Source of the DNA: Octopus bimaculoides
Taxonomy: Eukaryota
Reading direction: 5' to 3'
DNA: 64,000 nt
Assembly: GCF_001194135.2 (NCBI RefSeq)
Contig: NC_068982.1
Coordinates: 38,240,868 to 38,304,867, forward strand
Each line of letters starts with the position of its first letter. The stretch's first letter is position 1. The translations under genes were made by a program, and so were the position numbers. Positions 1 to 12,232 of this stretch are shown here, piece by piece. The notes below the pieces were generated by a model. It was not told the DNA's origin and ran no database searches. It worked only from the letters and a program-made list of their open reading frames with translations.

Positions 1-3000
1 GGTGTAGCCATCTGGTTGCACCAGTCCTCAGTCAAATCGTCCAACCCATGCTAGCATGGAAAGCAGACGTTAAACGATGATGATGATGATGATGATGATA
101 TGCACATACGTACATATCTTCCTGTGAGTATGTAAATGCATATACATAAATGCAATCGTTGTACTCCTGCTATGTATGCCTAGACAAAGCTGCACATATA
201 CACACATATGCATGCTTGAAAAACGGAGAATACATGCATGCATGTATCCATGCATACATATATGCATTCATACATACATACATGCATATATGCATATGTG
301 GATACATACACAAATACATACATGCATGCATACATACATGCATACATGCATGCATACATACATACATACATACATACATATGTACTTATGTACATAAATA
401 CATGCATACATATGTACATAAATACATAGTTTCCCAGGCTTACACAGATATGCTTGTCATGATAGTTACTGCATATCTGAGGTATTATTTCCATATATTT
501 GTCATCTGTTGATAATAGATGATATGGAAGTGATTTCATTAGCTCATTATGTCAGATTCAAACAGAAGAGTGACAAGTAACCTATTCGAGATGCTTGTGT
601 GTGTTTGTGAAAGTACATGTCTGTGTGTACACACACACACACACATGCATACAGATGCACCCACCCACACACTCACACGTACACATGCGCAAGCACACAC
701 AATTTCATGATGGGAGCCAGTGCTGCTGCAGAAAAGAATTTTAGTATGCTGTTATATATATATTTTTTAAATAGAGAGTTAAGCTGTGGACTTGAATTAA
801 TCTCATGACCTTTGGCTCTTATGCAACTTTTTTTGTACATGACATGCGTTTAAGTAGATAATTATATTCTGACCAAGACTAGCGTTGGTACTGCTGCACA
901 ATTTAAAATGAAGAATATTAAAAATAAAAATTTAAGAATATAAAAATTGCTTGCATCAGTACTATTTAAGAAGCGCAACAAAATATAAAGAAAAATCTTA
1001 ATTTCCTTATTGAAATAATAATTGGGTTTTTTTTTTTGTTTTGGCTACAATAAGAACGAAGGAGGCAAGTTGGCAGAGTTGTTAGCAAACCAGACAAACT
1101 ACTTAGCAGCGTTTCATCTGTCTTTGCGTTCTGAGTTCAAATTCTGCTGAGGTTGACTTTGCCTTTCAGCCTTTTGGAGTTGATAAAATAAGCATCATTT
1201 GAGCACTGGGGTCGATGTAATCGACTAGCCTCTTCCCACAAAATTTCAGGCCTTATGCCTATAGTAGAAAAGATTGCATTAAGGGAGAGAAGTCTGGGGT
1301 GTTTATAATGGTTATTGTTATACACACAGAGGCATCAGCACACAAACAATATATATATATATATATATCCATGAAACAAGCCTTAGGATTCCTGAACAAA
1401 AGTAGAAGAAATATCTTTTATAATTTCTCTAAATTTTTTTTTAATCCCAATTTTCATTTAGTTTCTGAACATATTTTATTTATTGAAAATTTAGATAATT
1501 TAATGATTATCTAAATTAATAAATATTTAACACTTATATATATGATACATCTTTAATACAAAACAACATTAAAATATAAATCCAAAAATGAAGAAAACAC
1601 AGACATGAATGAAGAAAGAAAAGGAGGAAAAGAAAAAGAAATAAAAGAAATTTAAAACATCAGTTCAACACGAAGTACTTCAATTTGTCGCACACCACAA
1701 AGTTCAACTAAACAATTAGTCCCTAAACTAACAAAATATTTGAAATTGCACACTTATTAAAATATTTTTGAAAGAAAAAACATGATTAAAACTATCAACA
1801 GAACATTATTGTCAGAAGAAAGCATCTATGGAACTAAAAGTATCTTTCATTTTTTTCATTTTAATCAACCATTCTATGCTTTAAATAAGCTTTCTATGAT
1901 TTAAAAAAATCTAAGAAAATTGTGTTAATTTGGATGGAAATTTTTATCTTTACAAATTATTTATAAAAAAAAACTAATTCAGATTATTCCTATGACTGTC
2001 TAGATTTGTTCTTATACCTCAAATTTCTGAAAATGGATTAAAGACCTTATTGTAACTTTTGTGTGATATAGATTGAATAGATCTATGTCATATCCTGTGT
2101 CCTTTGATATGTTCACTCCTAATTTATGTCTTAAGAACAAACCTCTCTACTTTATTTAAACAATCTCTCTAGTATATTTTCTCCAGTTTAACTCTAGGAC
2201 ATCTCATCCATTTTAATTACATGTCCAATGCAGTATTCTCTTGTGATATTGTATTGGTCTTTCCTCACATCATGAATTATTTCAGGGGAGAGAACTTTGC
2301 TAAACTAAAAAAAATTTTGTTTTATAAAATACTTTCAAAGTAATTTCATATTTATTCATTTACAATTTGTTGAATAAAATCTTGTCCGAAGAAAAAGAAA
2401 AGGTTATTTAAAAGTAAATTTGTGTTCAGATTTAATTATATTTCAGAAATAAGCAAAGCATCTGATTTCAGTGTATAAATGTTCTGGATGACTTGCTTAT
2501 ATGAACACATGATTAATCATAGTATAAAATGAAGTTTCCTGGTTCAAATTTAATTTGTTACTTTGCAAACATCCAGGAGTAAAACACTTGATATAAATAT
2601 CAAAAGACTTACCTCTCTAAAAATGAAAAAAATTGTTTGAAAAATATTATAATCTTGCCTAATTTCAAATTAAAAAAAGAAATATGATTAAATAAAAGAT
2701 AATTTTGTTTTTAGTTTTGCTCTGTTTTACTAAAAAAATTCAAGTGAAAATAATAGTCTGCTGGACTATTCACAGCTTCTAGCCCCAGCCAGAGAATTAG
2801 CTATCAAAGTGAAACGAATTAGGATCAAAACAGATTTCAGAAGTTACATATAAAGTTGTATAGGTATTGTAGAATTACTTTATGTAGCTCACCAATACTT
2901 CTATTAGGTCACATTTCTGCTCCCACAACTGTTGGGGTGCGACAACACACAGACATTCTAAATGAGATCCTCAAAACAGCCAACTGATTGAACATCTATA

Positions 3001-3274
3001 GTTAGTTCACAGCAATTCTGATGGTGAGAATGATAAGGAAATATCTCTAACTGAAGACAAATAACTTTGTTCTTGAAAAAGTGCATTAGATTTTGGCAAT
3101 GTTTAAAACATTTTCTAATACACATCATTGAAAGGTATAAGCATACATATATGTATGAGTGTTTGCATGTGTACAACACACACACACACGTTTATATATA
3201 CACACACACATAGCCATCCATCCATCCATCCATCCATCCATCCATCCATACATACATACATACATACATACATA

Positions 3275-3600
3275 CCAGCTTACAAGTTCAGGTTTATACC
3301 TGTAATTATTGAGGCACTGGGATATGTAACACACTGCCTTAGTACCAGTCTTGAAAAATTAGGCTTTTCAAAACCCAAAAAAAGAAAGCTGATTCGAAGA
3401 CTACAGATCCAAGCCATCACTGGAACTGTAATAATTTGTAAAACTTTCCAAAAGTTTATCATTTAAGTTTATCATGAACATATCTAGACATGCAGCTATA
3501 TGCATGAGAATACATACATAAAACAAAGCATACAAATCTGCATGCATGCATGCATACATGCATACATACATACATACATACATACATACATACATGTATA
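3275..3600 (+). mobile_element. 3' end of an RLE-type non-LTR retrotransposon (R4/Dong-like), with 3'UTR and (TACA)n tail
   Basis: Frame FIPVIIEALGYVTHCLSTSLEKLGFSK...LQIQAITGTVIICKTFQKF* resembles the C-terminus of RLE LINE proteins. TACA repeats lie on both sides. Confidence 0.65.
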
Positions 3601-3784
3601 CACATGCATGCTGATGCACTCACATGTGCACAAACTAACAAACAAAAAGAACGCAGCTCCGATAATGGACATAATCAACAACTATTGAATAGGTTGCAAG
3701 AAGCAACAAACCTTTTAGAAAAAAAAATGAGTGGAAATCGAACTGGTGAGTGTGTCAATTAATAAGGCATTAAAACAGAATGAC

Positions 3785-4103
3785 NNNNNNNNNNNNNNNN
3801 NNNNNNNNNNNNNNNNNNNNNNNNNNNNNNNNNNNNNNNNNNNNNNNNNNNNNNNNNNNNNNNNNNNNNNNNNNNNNNNNNNNNNNNNNNNNNNNNNNNN
3901 NNNNNNNNNNNNNNNNNNNNNNNNNNNNNNNNNNNNNNNNNNNNNNNNNNNNNNNNNNNNNNNNNNNNNNNNNNNNNNNNNNNNNNNNNNNNNNNNNNNN
4001 NNNNNNNNNNNNNNNNNNNNNNNNNNNNNNNNNNNNNNNNNNNNNNNNNNNNNNNNNNNNNNNNNNNNNNNNNNNNNNNNNNNNNNNNNNNNNNNNNNNN
4101 NNN
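3785..4103. other. Assembly gap (others: 9493-9502, 20007-20016, 26940-27380, 37237-37297, 41000-41732, 49913-50025, 58005-58516, 59880-60580)
   Basis: N runs, mostly abutting microsatellites or transposons. Confidence 1.
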
Positions 4104-4136
<33 letters not shown>

Positions 4137-4150
4137 GTATGTGTATGTGC

Positions 4151-4181
<31 letters not shown>

Positions 4182-4261
4182 ATACACACACACTCACACA
4201 CACACACACACACAAAGTCATAAACCAGATCCATCCATAAAAAATATATTCATTGACTTAC

Positions 4262-4472
4262 CTGAAATGGTACTGAATCAAAAAAGATTGCCATAAACCA
4301 AGTAAGAGTTATAGTGGATAGTTCAATGTCAGTCCTTTCCAGGTGCTCTGCTAGATTAGGCAGCATACTTTTGACTAAGTCTTTCAGTATAAATTGATCT
4401 GCTTGTGCACCAATTAGGTTATTATCAAAGTAATGCTGAGGGAAGTAAAATTCTGTAATGGCAACCAGAGCC
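4262..4472 (-). CDS. TBC1D2B: TBC1D2B-like exon (ALVAITEFYFPQHYFDNNLIGAQADQFILKDLV...TLTWFMAIFFDSVPFQ)
   Basis: Matches the TBC C-terminal subdomain (GxQxDQ, TxxWF). tgatgtag acceptor, CAG|GTAAGT donor, phase 2 to 0. Confidence 0.95.
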
Positions 4473-4984
4473 CTACATCAGCAACGAATAAAAGATAATT
4501 TGTTTTAGTATTAACAAAATTATGTTAGTAATGTTTAGTAGATAACAAAATTATGGGATAATCAGAAGAATATTTCGGCTTCACTGCATGTAAAGAAAAT
4601 AGATTAGTTGGACAATTTTCACTTAATTAATGAATTCATTTCCTTGTCTTATTTTTAAGAAAATCATTTATTATTTATTTAATCTCAGTTACTTATTTAT
4701 CTACTCATTAGGAAATTTAATTAATCATGGTTCCTGATTTATTCTGTAGATTACTTACAATTTTTCTTTCTTTTTTCTAAGATTATTCACAGATTTCATT
4801 ATCTTTTACTGGTTTCAGTCATTAGACTGTGGCCATGCTGGAGTACTACCTTGAAGGGTTCAGTCAAACAAGTTGCCCCCAGTACTTACTTTTGAGTCTG
4901 GCACTTATTCTATTTGTTAAACTGCTAAACAAACCAACACTAGTTATCACAAGGTGGAGAGGTGGAGGGGTACAAACACAAAGA

Positions 4985-5230
4985 CATACTGACATAGACA
5001 AATATATACATATACATGTATATATATATATATATGTGTGTGTATATATGTATACATATATATGTATATATATATATATTTATACACACACACATACACA
5101 CAAACATATACACATATACACACAAACATACACACAAACACATACACACAAACATATACACACAAACATATACACACAAACATACACACACATATGCGCA
5201 CACACACACACACACACACACACGTATATA
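4985..5230. repeat. Compound (TA)/(CA)/(TACA) microsatellite (similar tracts at 230-425, 22170-22397, 29896-30070, 58640-58870 and elsewhere)
   Basis: Read directly. Confidence 0.95.
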
Positions 5231-6734
5231 TAAAATCATCTGTCAATCACATGATAGAAGGTAGTTTTAGATTCTTTGGATTAATTTTCCAAAACTTAAA
5301 AAAATAAGGATAACTTTTATCTGATTTTGGACTTTAATTTTACTATTTCTTTCAATAGCAATAACACAGCTATGAAAAGAAAATCATATTCAATATATTC
5401 TTAATTAAATTTTGTAGTCACTATTTATAATCTCTTTTTCCCTTATAAAGAAACTTTTCACTTAAAGATACAAACACATCATACCCACTATGTCATTAGA
5501 CAACAGCCTCTCTACAAGCTACAGTAATTCAAAATGATGGTACTTAGCTTTGCATCCAATACTGTTATAAAGATGAGAGATGAACTAATTGGTGCCAATT
5601 CTTTCAAACTTAGAATAGTGTCCGTTCTTGTCAAAGATGCAATGGAACACTTGTATCAAATATGACAGCACAAACCATGATTAATAATCCAATATCTTAA
5701 CCACCAGATAAATTTGTCCTGACTCTTTTATTCGATATAATTATTATAATTATATGTTATTATAAGTGACATCATAAGAATTTTATTAACTTTTGACAGA
5801 ATTTGAAATAATTCTTTTTTTTTTGGGAGCATTGGATCTCAAAGCAAGTAAAGCTACAAATAATAGAATGCCTTTGACTTTTTCTGTCCAAAATGCTATT
5901 ATTTATAGCTTTATGTGCTTCAAGATTCACTGTTCCAAAAAAGAATTACTATTATACTTAATCATATTGGTTTCAAATTTTGGCACAAAGCTGGCAAGTT
6001 TGAGGCAAGTTACCAGTGTTCAGTTGGTACTTATTTTATTGACCTCAAAAGAATGAAATGGAAAGTTGACTGTGGTAGAATTTGAACTCAGAACATAATG
6101 GCAGACCAAATGCTGCTAAGCATTTTGCCCATCATGCTAATGATTGTGCCAGCCCACAGCCTTATTATAATTATTCATATCAACTAAAGTGGTGTATTGG
6201 CTGAATTGTTAGAGTATTGGATAGACTGTCTCAGAGTACTTGTTCCAATTCTCTGTTTTCTGAGTTCAAATCTCACTAAAGTCAACTCTACTTTTTGTTA
6301 ATAATAAAGTACCAATACAGGTTGGTGGACTGGTAGAACTGTCAAAGCATCAGATGAGATGCCTTGCAGTATTTGTCTTGGCCCTTTGTATTCTGATTGC
6401 AACACCTATGATAACATTGGTGCCAAGCTGTATCAACCCTAATGTGGTGGCCTTCCCTTTAGACAACATTGATGGCATGATGAGAAGGGACTTGAATAGA
6501 TGGGCAACTGCTAGTCTTCCACATAAAATAAAAATCATGTAGAAAAGTGGTCAGCTCTGATTGATTGCAATTTCTTGAGATGGGCTCGTTATTCCTTCAT
6601 GTATATCTTACACACATTAATGTCTTTATTGAGATATAGACTATTTGACTATACACAAGCATCTTTATATCTAGTTCTTCATTCATATAATTAGTGTAAG
6701 AAGAGTAAATATTCTAAAAGCATCTATCATCATT

Positions 6735-6970
6735 ATTTTTTAACATCCAATTTTCTATGCTTGCATAGGTCAAACAGAATTTGTTGAGGCAGATTTTCTA
6801 TGATTGAATGCCCTTCCTGTAACCAACCCTCCTCTGTTTCCAAATAAGGTAATATTTTCCCTTGGTTAGACATGCTTCCCACAGAAGACTGGAAATGAAC
6901 AGCTTCATTTGTATGACAATGATTCTCATTAACGACCATTCATCACATGATGTCTAGACAAAGGTACACA
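6735..6970 (-). mobile_element. SINE subfamily sharing the family A tail (also 19815-19975, 21965-22200, 47160-47290)
   Basis: Shared GCCCTTCCTGT.ACCAACCCT...TTTCCAAGTAAGGTAATATTTCCCC core. Confidence 0.65.
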
Positions 6971-7292
6971 TACAATGGGCTTCTTTCAGTTTCTGTCTAC
7001 TAAATTCACTCACAAGGCTTTGATTGGCCTTTGATTGGCATAGTGGGACTGAACCCAAGATCACATGGTTGGGAAGCAAGCTTTTCAACCACACAGCCAC
7101 ACCTGCACTTATGCTATGCCTACACCTATTGGGCCATACCTGTATGTATACATACCTGTACCTATCCTTCTTAATATCAATTTACACCCACTTAGAGGGA
7201 AATGTATACAATGTCTAATTATACATTTTAGATTTTATTTATAATTATAGATAAAGAGGATACAAACAAAAACAAAAAAATCAAACTCTTAC

Positions 7293-7417
7293 CAGAATGT
7301 ATCATGTGCATTCATAAACAAAAGACACATTGCTGCAAAGAAGTTCATACCCTGGCAGTAACCAATGCAGGGATTGTGAACACAATATGCCAAAAGTATG
7401 TCTTGAAGGTCCATCAC
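7293..7417 (-). CDS. TBC1D2B: TBC1D2B-like exon with Gln finger (VMDLQDILLAYCVHNPCIGYCQGMNFFAAMCLLFMNAHDTFW)
   Basis: NPxIGYCQGMN motif. tttttcag acceptor, GTAAGA donor, phase 0 to 2. Confidence 0.95.
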
Positions 7418-8059
7418 CTGAAAAATATCTTCTTATTAAAGTTCTGCTTCATAATTTGTAGTTCATGTTTAATAACAACAAAAAAAAAAAAGGAAAAAAA
7501 ACCCTAAATTTTTTCTTGCTAAACTTAGAACTGAACTAAAATATATATATATATAAAAACTTTCTAGTAAATGGAATTTTAAGAAATCAAAATCAAGAGT
7601 GATCTTATAACTTGTAAATAAAAAGAAACTCCATTTTTTCCTCAGTGTCAGTTGCACATTGCTCCTCATCCAATACATCTTTAATAATGAATGTATCTGT
7701 CGAGACATGATGAAAATGTTTTGCCTCAAGAAATATGTTTCATTTTCTTCACACTTGTTTGTGTCTATGTGCAACTAGTTAAGAACTTAAGAGGATCAAT
7801 GCAGTGTAGATATAAATATCAAAAGACTTTTCTCTCTAATGATGAAATAAATCATCTGAAAAATATAATTTTGTCTAATTTCAAATTAAAAAAATATGAT
7901 TAGAAAATAAATTTACTGTTTTACTAAAATAATTCAAGTAAAAATTATAGTTGAATGGATTTTTGACTATTCATAGCTTTTAGCACCAGCCAAAGAATCA
8001 ACTCACAAATTGAAGGAATTAGTTGTGAAGATCAAAAAGATTTCAGAAATGACTTTTAA

Positions 8060-8278
8060 TCTTTTAGTATTCAGATTACTCTGTCAAATGTAGCACTTAT
8101 TTAGTTGCATTGTCTTGAATTAATCATACATTATCTTGAAGGTTTGAAATTTCAAGGTGATATGGATATTTATTTTTACAATATCGTTATATGGGAGGTG
8201 TGAAAGGCTGGATCTGGCTGATTTGACTAAACAGGTAGAATATGTTGCTTAGTTATAGCTAGTTTAAATTCAAAAGGG
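8060..8278 (+). mobile_element. piggyBac-like MITE, copy 1
   Basis: TTAA at 8056-59 and 8279-82, ends AAAAGGG, internal match to 17946-18165. Confidence 0.7.
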
Positions 8279-8473
8279 TTAAAGTCTTATAAAGATTGTA
8301 CATGATGGCTGTAATTACAAGGTTTATGTTGAAATAAAGAAGACTTATTCTGGTTGTTAACTTTGGCACATTTTCTTCCTTATACTTATGATGTTGGAAT
8401 ATAGAGTAATGCAATATTTATCTAAAAAACAAAGTAAATGAAATGACAACAAAATATTGAAAATTTGGCTCAC

Positions 8474-8563
8474 CCCTTTACTCTCAGCTGATGAAAACTT
8501 AACATTATTTGGCATCGTTCGTAAGAGATCAACAAAGATTTGTCGTCGATATTTAGCAGCCGA
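8474..8563 (-). CDS. TBC1D2B: TBC1D2B-like exon with Arg finger (SAAKYRRQIFVDLLRTMPNNVKFSSAESKG)
   Basis: IxxDxxRT catalytic motif. tttacag acceptor, GTGAGC donor, 90 nt. Confidence 0.95.
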
Positions 8564-9449
8564 CTGTAAATATGAAGCAAATGGAATTTTATACTTCTAG
8601 AACTTCTAAAATAGATAAATTGTAGAAGGAGTGATACAAACAAAAATTATCCCAATGTATATTTTACAATTTAATCTTAACATTATTTCCTGTTAGGCTG
8701 AACTAGTTTTTTTTTTCTGGCAAGAAGAACAATATGTTATCTATGGATTTAAATTATATTGATTTAACCTATAAAAATTATGAAATGGTAAAATCAAGGC
8801 GTTGTTGTAACAAGTTTGGTTTCAAATTTTTGGGAAATGTGTAAATCGATTACATCAGCCCCAATGCTCAACTAGTACTTATTTTATGGACCCCAAAAGC
8901 CCAGCAATGTAATGGTACAGGATAAGTTGATTACATTACCCCAGTGTTTAACTGGTCACTTTATCAACCCTGAAAGGATGAAAGGCAAAGTTGATCTCAG
9001 TAGAATTTGGACTCAGAAAATAAAAATGAGCAGAATGTCGTTAAGCATTTTGCCCAGTATGCTAATGGTTCTGTCAGCTCACTGCCTTATTGTCATGAAA
9101 ATATTGTAAATTAAGGAACCCTATTCTGGTATAATCAATAAATTGGTGACAGAGGAATAGTTTATCAAGCACTTGGCAGTAAGTTACAAACTTCATTTGT
9201 TGCTCTAGTTTATAGTTTGATGGGTGAGTGGAGGGGATCTTATCATTATCCATGGACCTTTTTTTTATATGTTAGATGGTGGGAAATGGTTCCTTATGAT
9301 ACTCTTTTAGGCTGCAGTTGGCATGATGATCATGTGAAAGTACTGAAGTTACTATTTTGTAAGAAATGATTGCAGCTTAGTAATTGGGAAGGAAAGTTTG
9401 ACTATAGCATTCCAGTCTGGAGTTTAGAGTATAAAAAAGAATATTGAGA

Positions 9450-9492
<43 letters not shown>

Positions 9493-9503
9493 NNNNNNNN
9501 NNG

Positions 9504-9538
<35 letters not shown>

Positions 9539-10410
9539 AGTAGCTAGGGTTGCCTAACATGCTAATACATTTTCTTCAATGTAGTTTAACACTTCATTGA
9601 ATTATGCAATGGTAATATTGTCAATTCATTAACATTTAATTAAGTAGCCAATGGTTTGATTAACTGTTCAGTCAATCCATCAGTTAGCTAAGTTTGTTAA
9701 AGTCTTTTTGTCACTATTTATTACCTCATCAATGACATGGTCTCTCTACTTCAAATCTGCTTCAGGTCTGTAGTGAATGGCAGTAAAAGAACTTTGATAA
9801 ACCTAGCCAATTGATTGACTGATTGACCAAATGACTTATCAAACAACCAGTTAATTTATTAATTGGTTAAATGGTAACGAATTGACTAATAAGAAAAAAG
9901 AAGTGAAATAGAGCCAGTGTGTGTGCTTATTATTGGCATAATGACCCTTCTGAAATACAAAAAAATCTGTTTCAATATGTGGGTTCACATCAAGAATCTT
10001 GTAAACCAAATGCAAAAACAAAGTTAATTATTATATAAATTACAAATTCCCATAAGACCACTAGCTCCAGAAATCCTGTTATTTATTCTTCAACAAGTTA
10101 AATTCCACATTTATTTAGAGACTTCTGATTTTCAATTCATCTCAAAAACTGTGGCAATATCAATGTATAAGAATGCAATGTATTGTTCAAATTAAAACAT
10201 GTCTCTTGTTTATATTTTCTAACTAATGAAAGTTTTAAATTTGCAGCTCTTGTCCAGATAACTATTCAAATAGAAACAAATGAAATAATTAATTTTTGAG
10301 TTGTTCGTTCATTTATGAAGTTCTAATATTACAGAATTCATGATGACTGAAAATAACCACAAAAGCATTTATAAAATACAGTTTATATCAACAAGAAAAA
10401 ACAGTTGTAC

Positions 10411-10566
10411 CTGACAATCAATTTGAATATTACATAGATTACTAAAATAATGAAGTCCTTTGTCAGACATCATATTTTCTAACTTTAGTTTAATAAAATA
10501 ACTCCAAAGCTTTCCACGGAACTGGTCAGGAATCCCTTTGCGACCAAGTAATTTCAGTTCCTTTTT
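10411..10566 (-). CDS. TBC1D2B: TBC1D2B-like exon, TBC domain start (KKELKLLGRKGIPDQFRGKLWSYFIK...NIQIDCQ)
   Basis: ELKxLxRxGIPxxxRxxxW is the canonical TBC N-terminal motif. tattccag acceptor, CAG|GTACAA donor, 156 nt. Confidence 0.93.
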
Positions 10567-11134
10567 CTGGAATATAAATAAATAAAAAATAAACAAATAA
10601 ATAAATGGAATTTTTTGGATGGCAGTATAAAATTATAATATAATTAGAATAGAAGTATATTGTACAGGATCTAAACAGAATAATTCTAAGTTAATTCGTT
10701 TGGAAAGAAGATCAAATTAAAAAAGTTCAAACACCTTTCTTTTAAATAAATCTGACAAACTAAAACATTTAAAAGTCATAATTAACATCCTCTCAAGATT
10801 GAGGCTTTGAGCTATCTTTTATGGTATGGTAGAAACTAAATTGACAATACATACATTCATTATAAATTGTTTGTCTCAAAAAAATATCAGCCCAGCTTTG
10901 TTCAGTACTATTTTGAAAAGCATCAAACAAAAGATTTTGATACATTCTACAGGCATCTTGATAAATTCTTTGAAACAAACTTAGTCAAACTTCAAACACC
11001 AGTATGTCTGTCTATTAACAAACCATCTTTTCTGAATGAACCACAATGAACATAGAGTCTTCAGCCAAATAAAGTTAAACATAGCTAATAATGATCTCTT
11101 TTGATTTCTCTTGAGACAGACAGACAAAGAGAAA

Positions 11135-11203
<69 letters not shown>

Positions 11204-12027
11204 ATATCATTAAGATAAATTCTAGCAACTGAGCAATGTCCATAGCCAATTAGGTCAGTGGAGTGAGGTATCATCAAAGACATTGTCTTCATCTTCATGC
11301 TATGATTCAAATAGTTTCCTGTTACCCTTCTTTAGATCTTGTGGATGTTTAAGTTCAACCCTGCAGAGTAAGAAATCATTTGTCTGTTACACAGTGAACT
11401 TGTCAACGGTGGTAAATTGTACTTCCTATGATAGAAAGACTGATTTATTCAGTATTAAATGTCTTTGCTTTGATAGCAGTATAGTACATAGATAAATAGC
11501 TGATGATCCATTAGTTAGAAAACTAGAGCTCTGTTAACTTGTCAAGCAAAGACTCTGACTGCTTTACCGGTACTGATTTAATTAACCTTCAGGTAATAAC
11601 AGGTAAATATGTCTGTGTTACAAAATTAGCTTTGTGAGGTGAAATACAATAAAATATCTAGATCACTTATTTATTGTTTTTACCAGTTTCAGTGTCCCAT
11701 TTGGTATAACAAGTCTGCAAAATAGATGATCATGAGTTAAAGTTTTTTTGAATTGACTGGACTATTTTAAAGTTTGTTCAGACAAATGAGGTACCCTATC
11801 TTTTTCAGAATCCTTTCTATGTCATATAACACCTGTGGCTGATGTAGAGGCTTCAATTTCCAACTGATTCTATTAGTTTTAAAGTTCCATTTTCCCAATG
11901 ATAAGCAATGAAGTAAACTTTTAGAGAGGCGGTTTTTGAATGAGGCAAATAGAAAAGGGTTCTTTTGTACAAGATTTAGCATGTTTAATTAAAAAATATA
12001 TATTTATGAGTTAAATTATGACAGTAC

Positions 12028-12232
12028 CTTTTTCTTATTTTTCCACCATTCAGTTGGAGTATTTAGGTTTTTAGTGAAAATTTTCCATTGTATTTGGTTG
12101 CAGTCATAGTTTTCTAGTTGTTTGCTGTAGTGTAGAGAGAGCTGCTGGCATGTATAGTGTATGGCCATATCTGAAGTACTATGTACATGTTTAAAGCCAT
12201 AACTGTCGACATGAACCTGTTTAGATATCAGC
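12028..12232 (-). CDS. TBC1D2B: TBC1D2B-like exon preceding the TBC domain (LISKQVHVDSYGFKHVHSTSDMAIHYTCQQL...EWWKNKKK)
   Basis: ttttccctag acceptor, AAG|GTACTG donor, phase 2 to 0. DxYGF motif typical just upstream of TBC domains. Confidence 0.9.

Noticed and set aside
70-539. H/T/Y/I/M/C/V-rich ORFs here and throughout the track
   Set aside because: Translations of (TACA)n, (CA)n, (TA)n and (GA)n repeats, or ORFs extended by N-gaps.
2018-2026. 9-nt microexon candidate (cattttcag AAATTTGAG gtataa)
   Set aside because: Weak donor and short pyrimidine tract; expected by chance in AT-rich DNA.
3640-3784. Short plus-strand frame ERSSDNGHNQQLLNRLQEATNLLEKKMSGNRTG as a gene or LINE ORF
   Set aside because: No recognisable motif; ends in a stop and then a gap, so it cannot be assigned.
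11250-11360. Acceptor followed by VELKHPQDLKKGNRKLFES* as an alternative terminal exon
   Set aside because: The frame fits only if exon 12028-12232 is skipped; no homology or poly(A) support.
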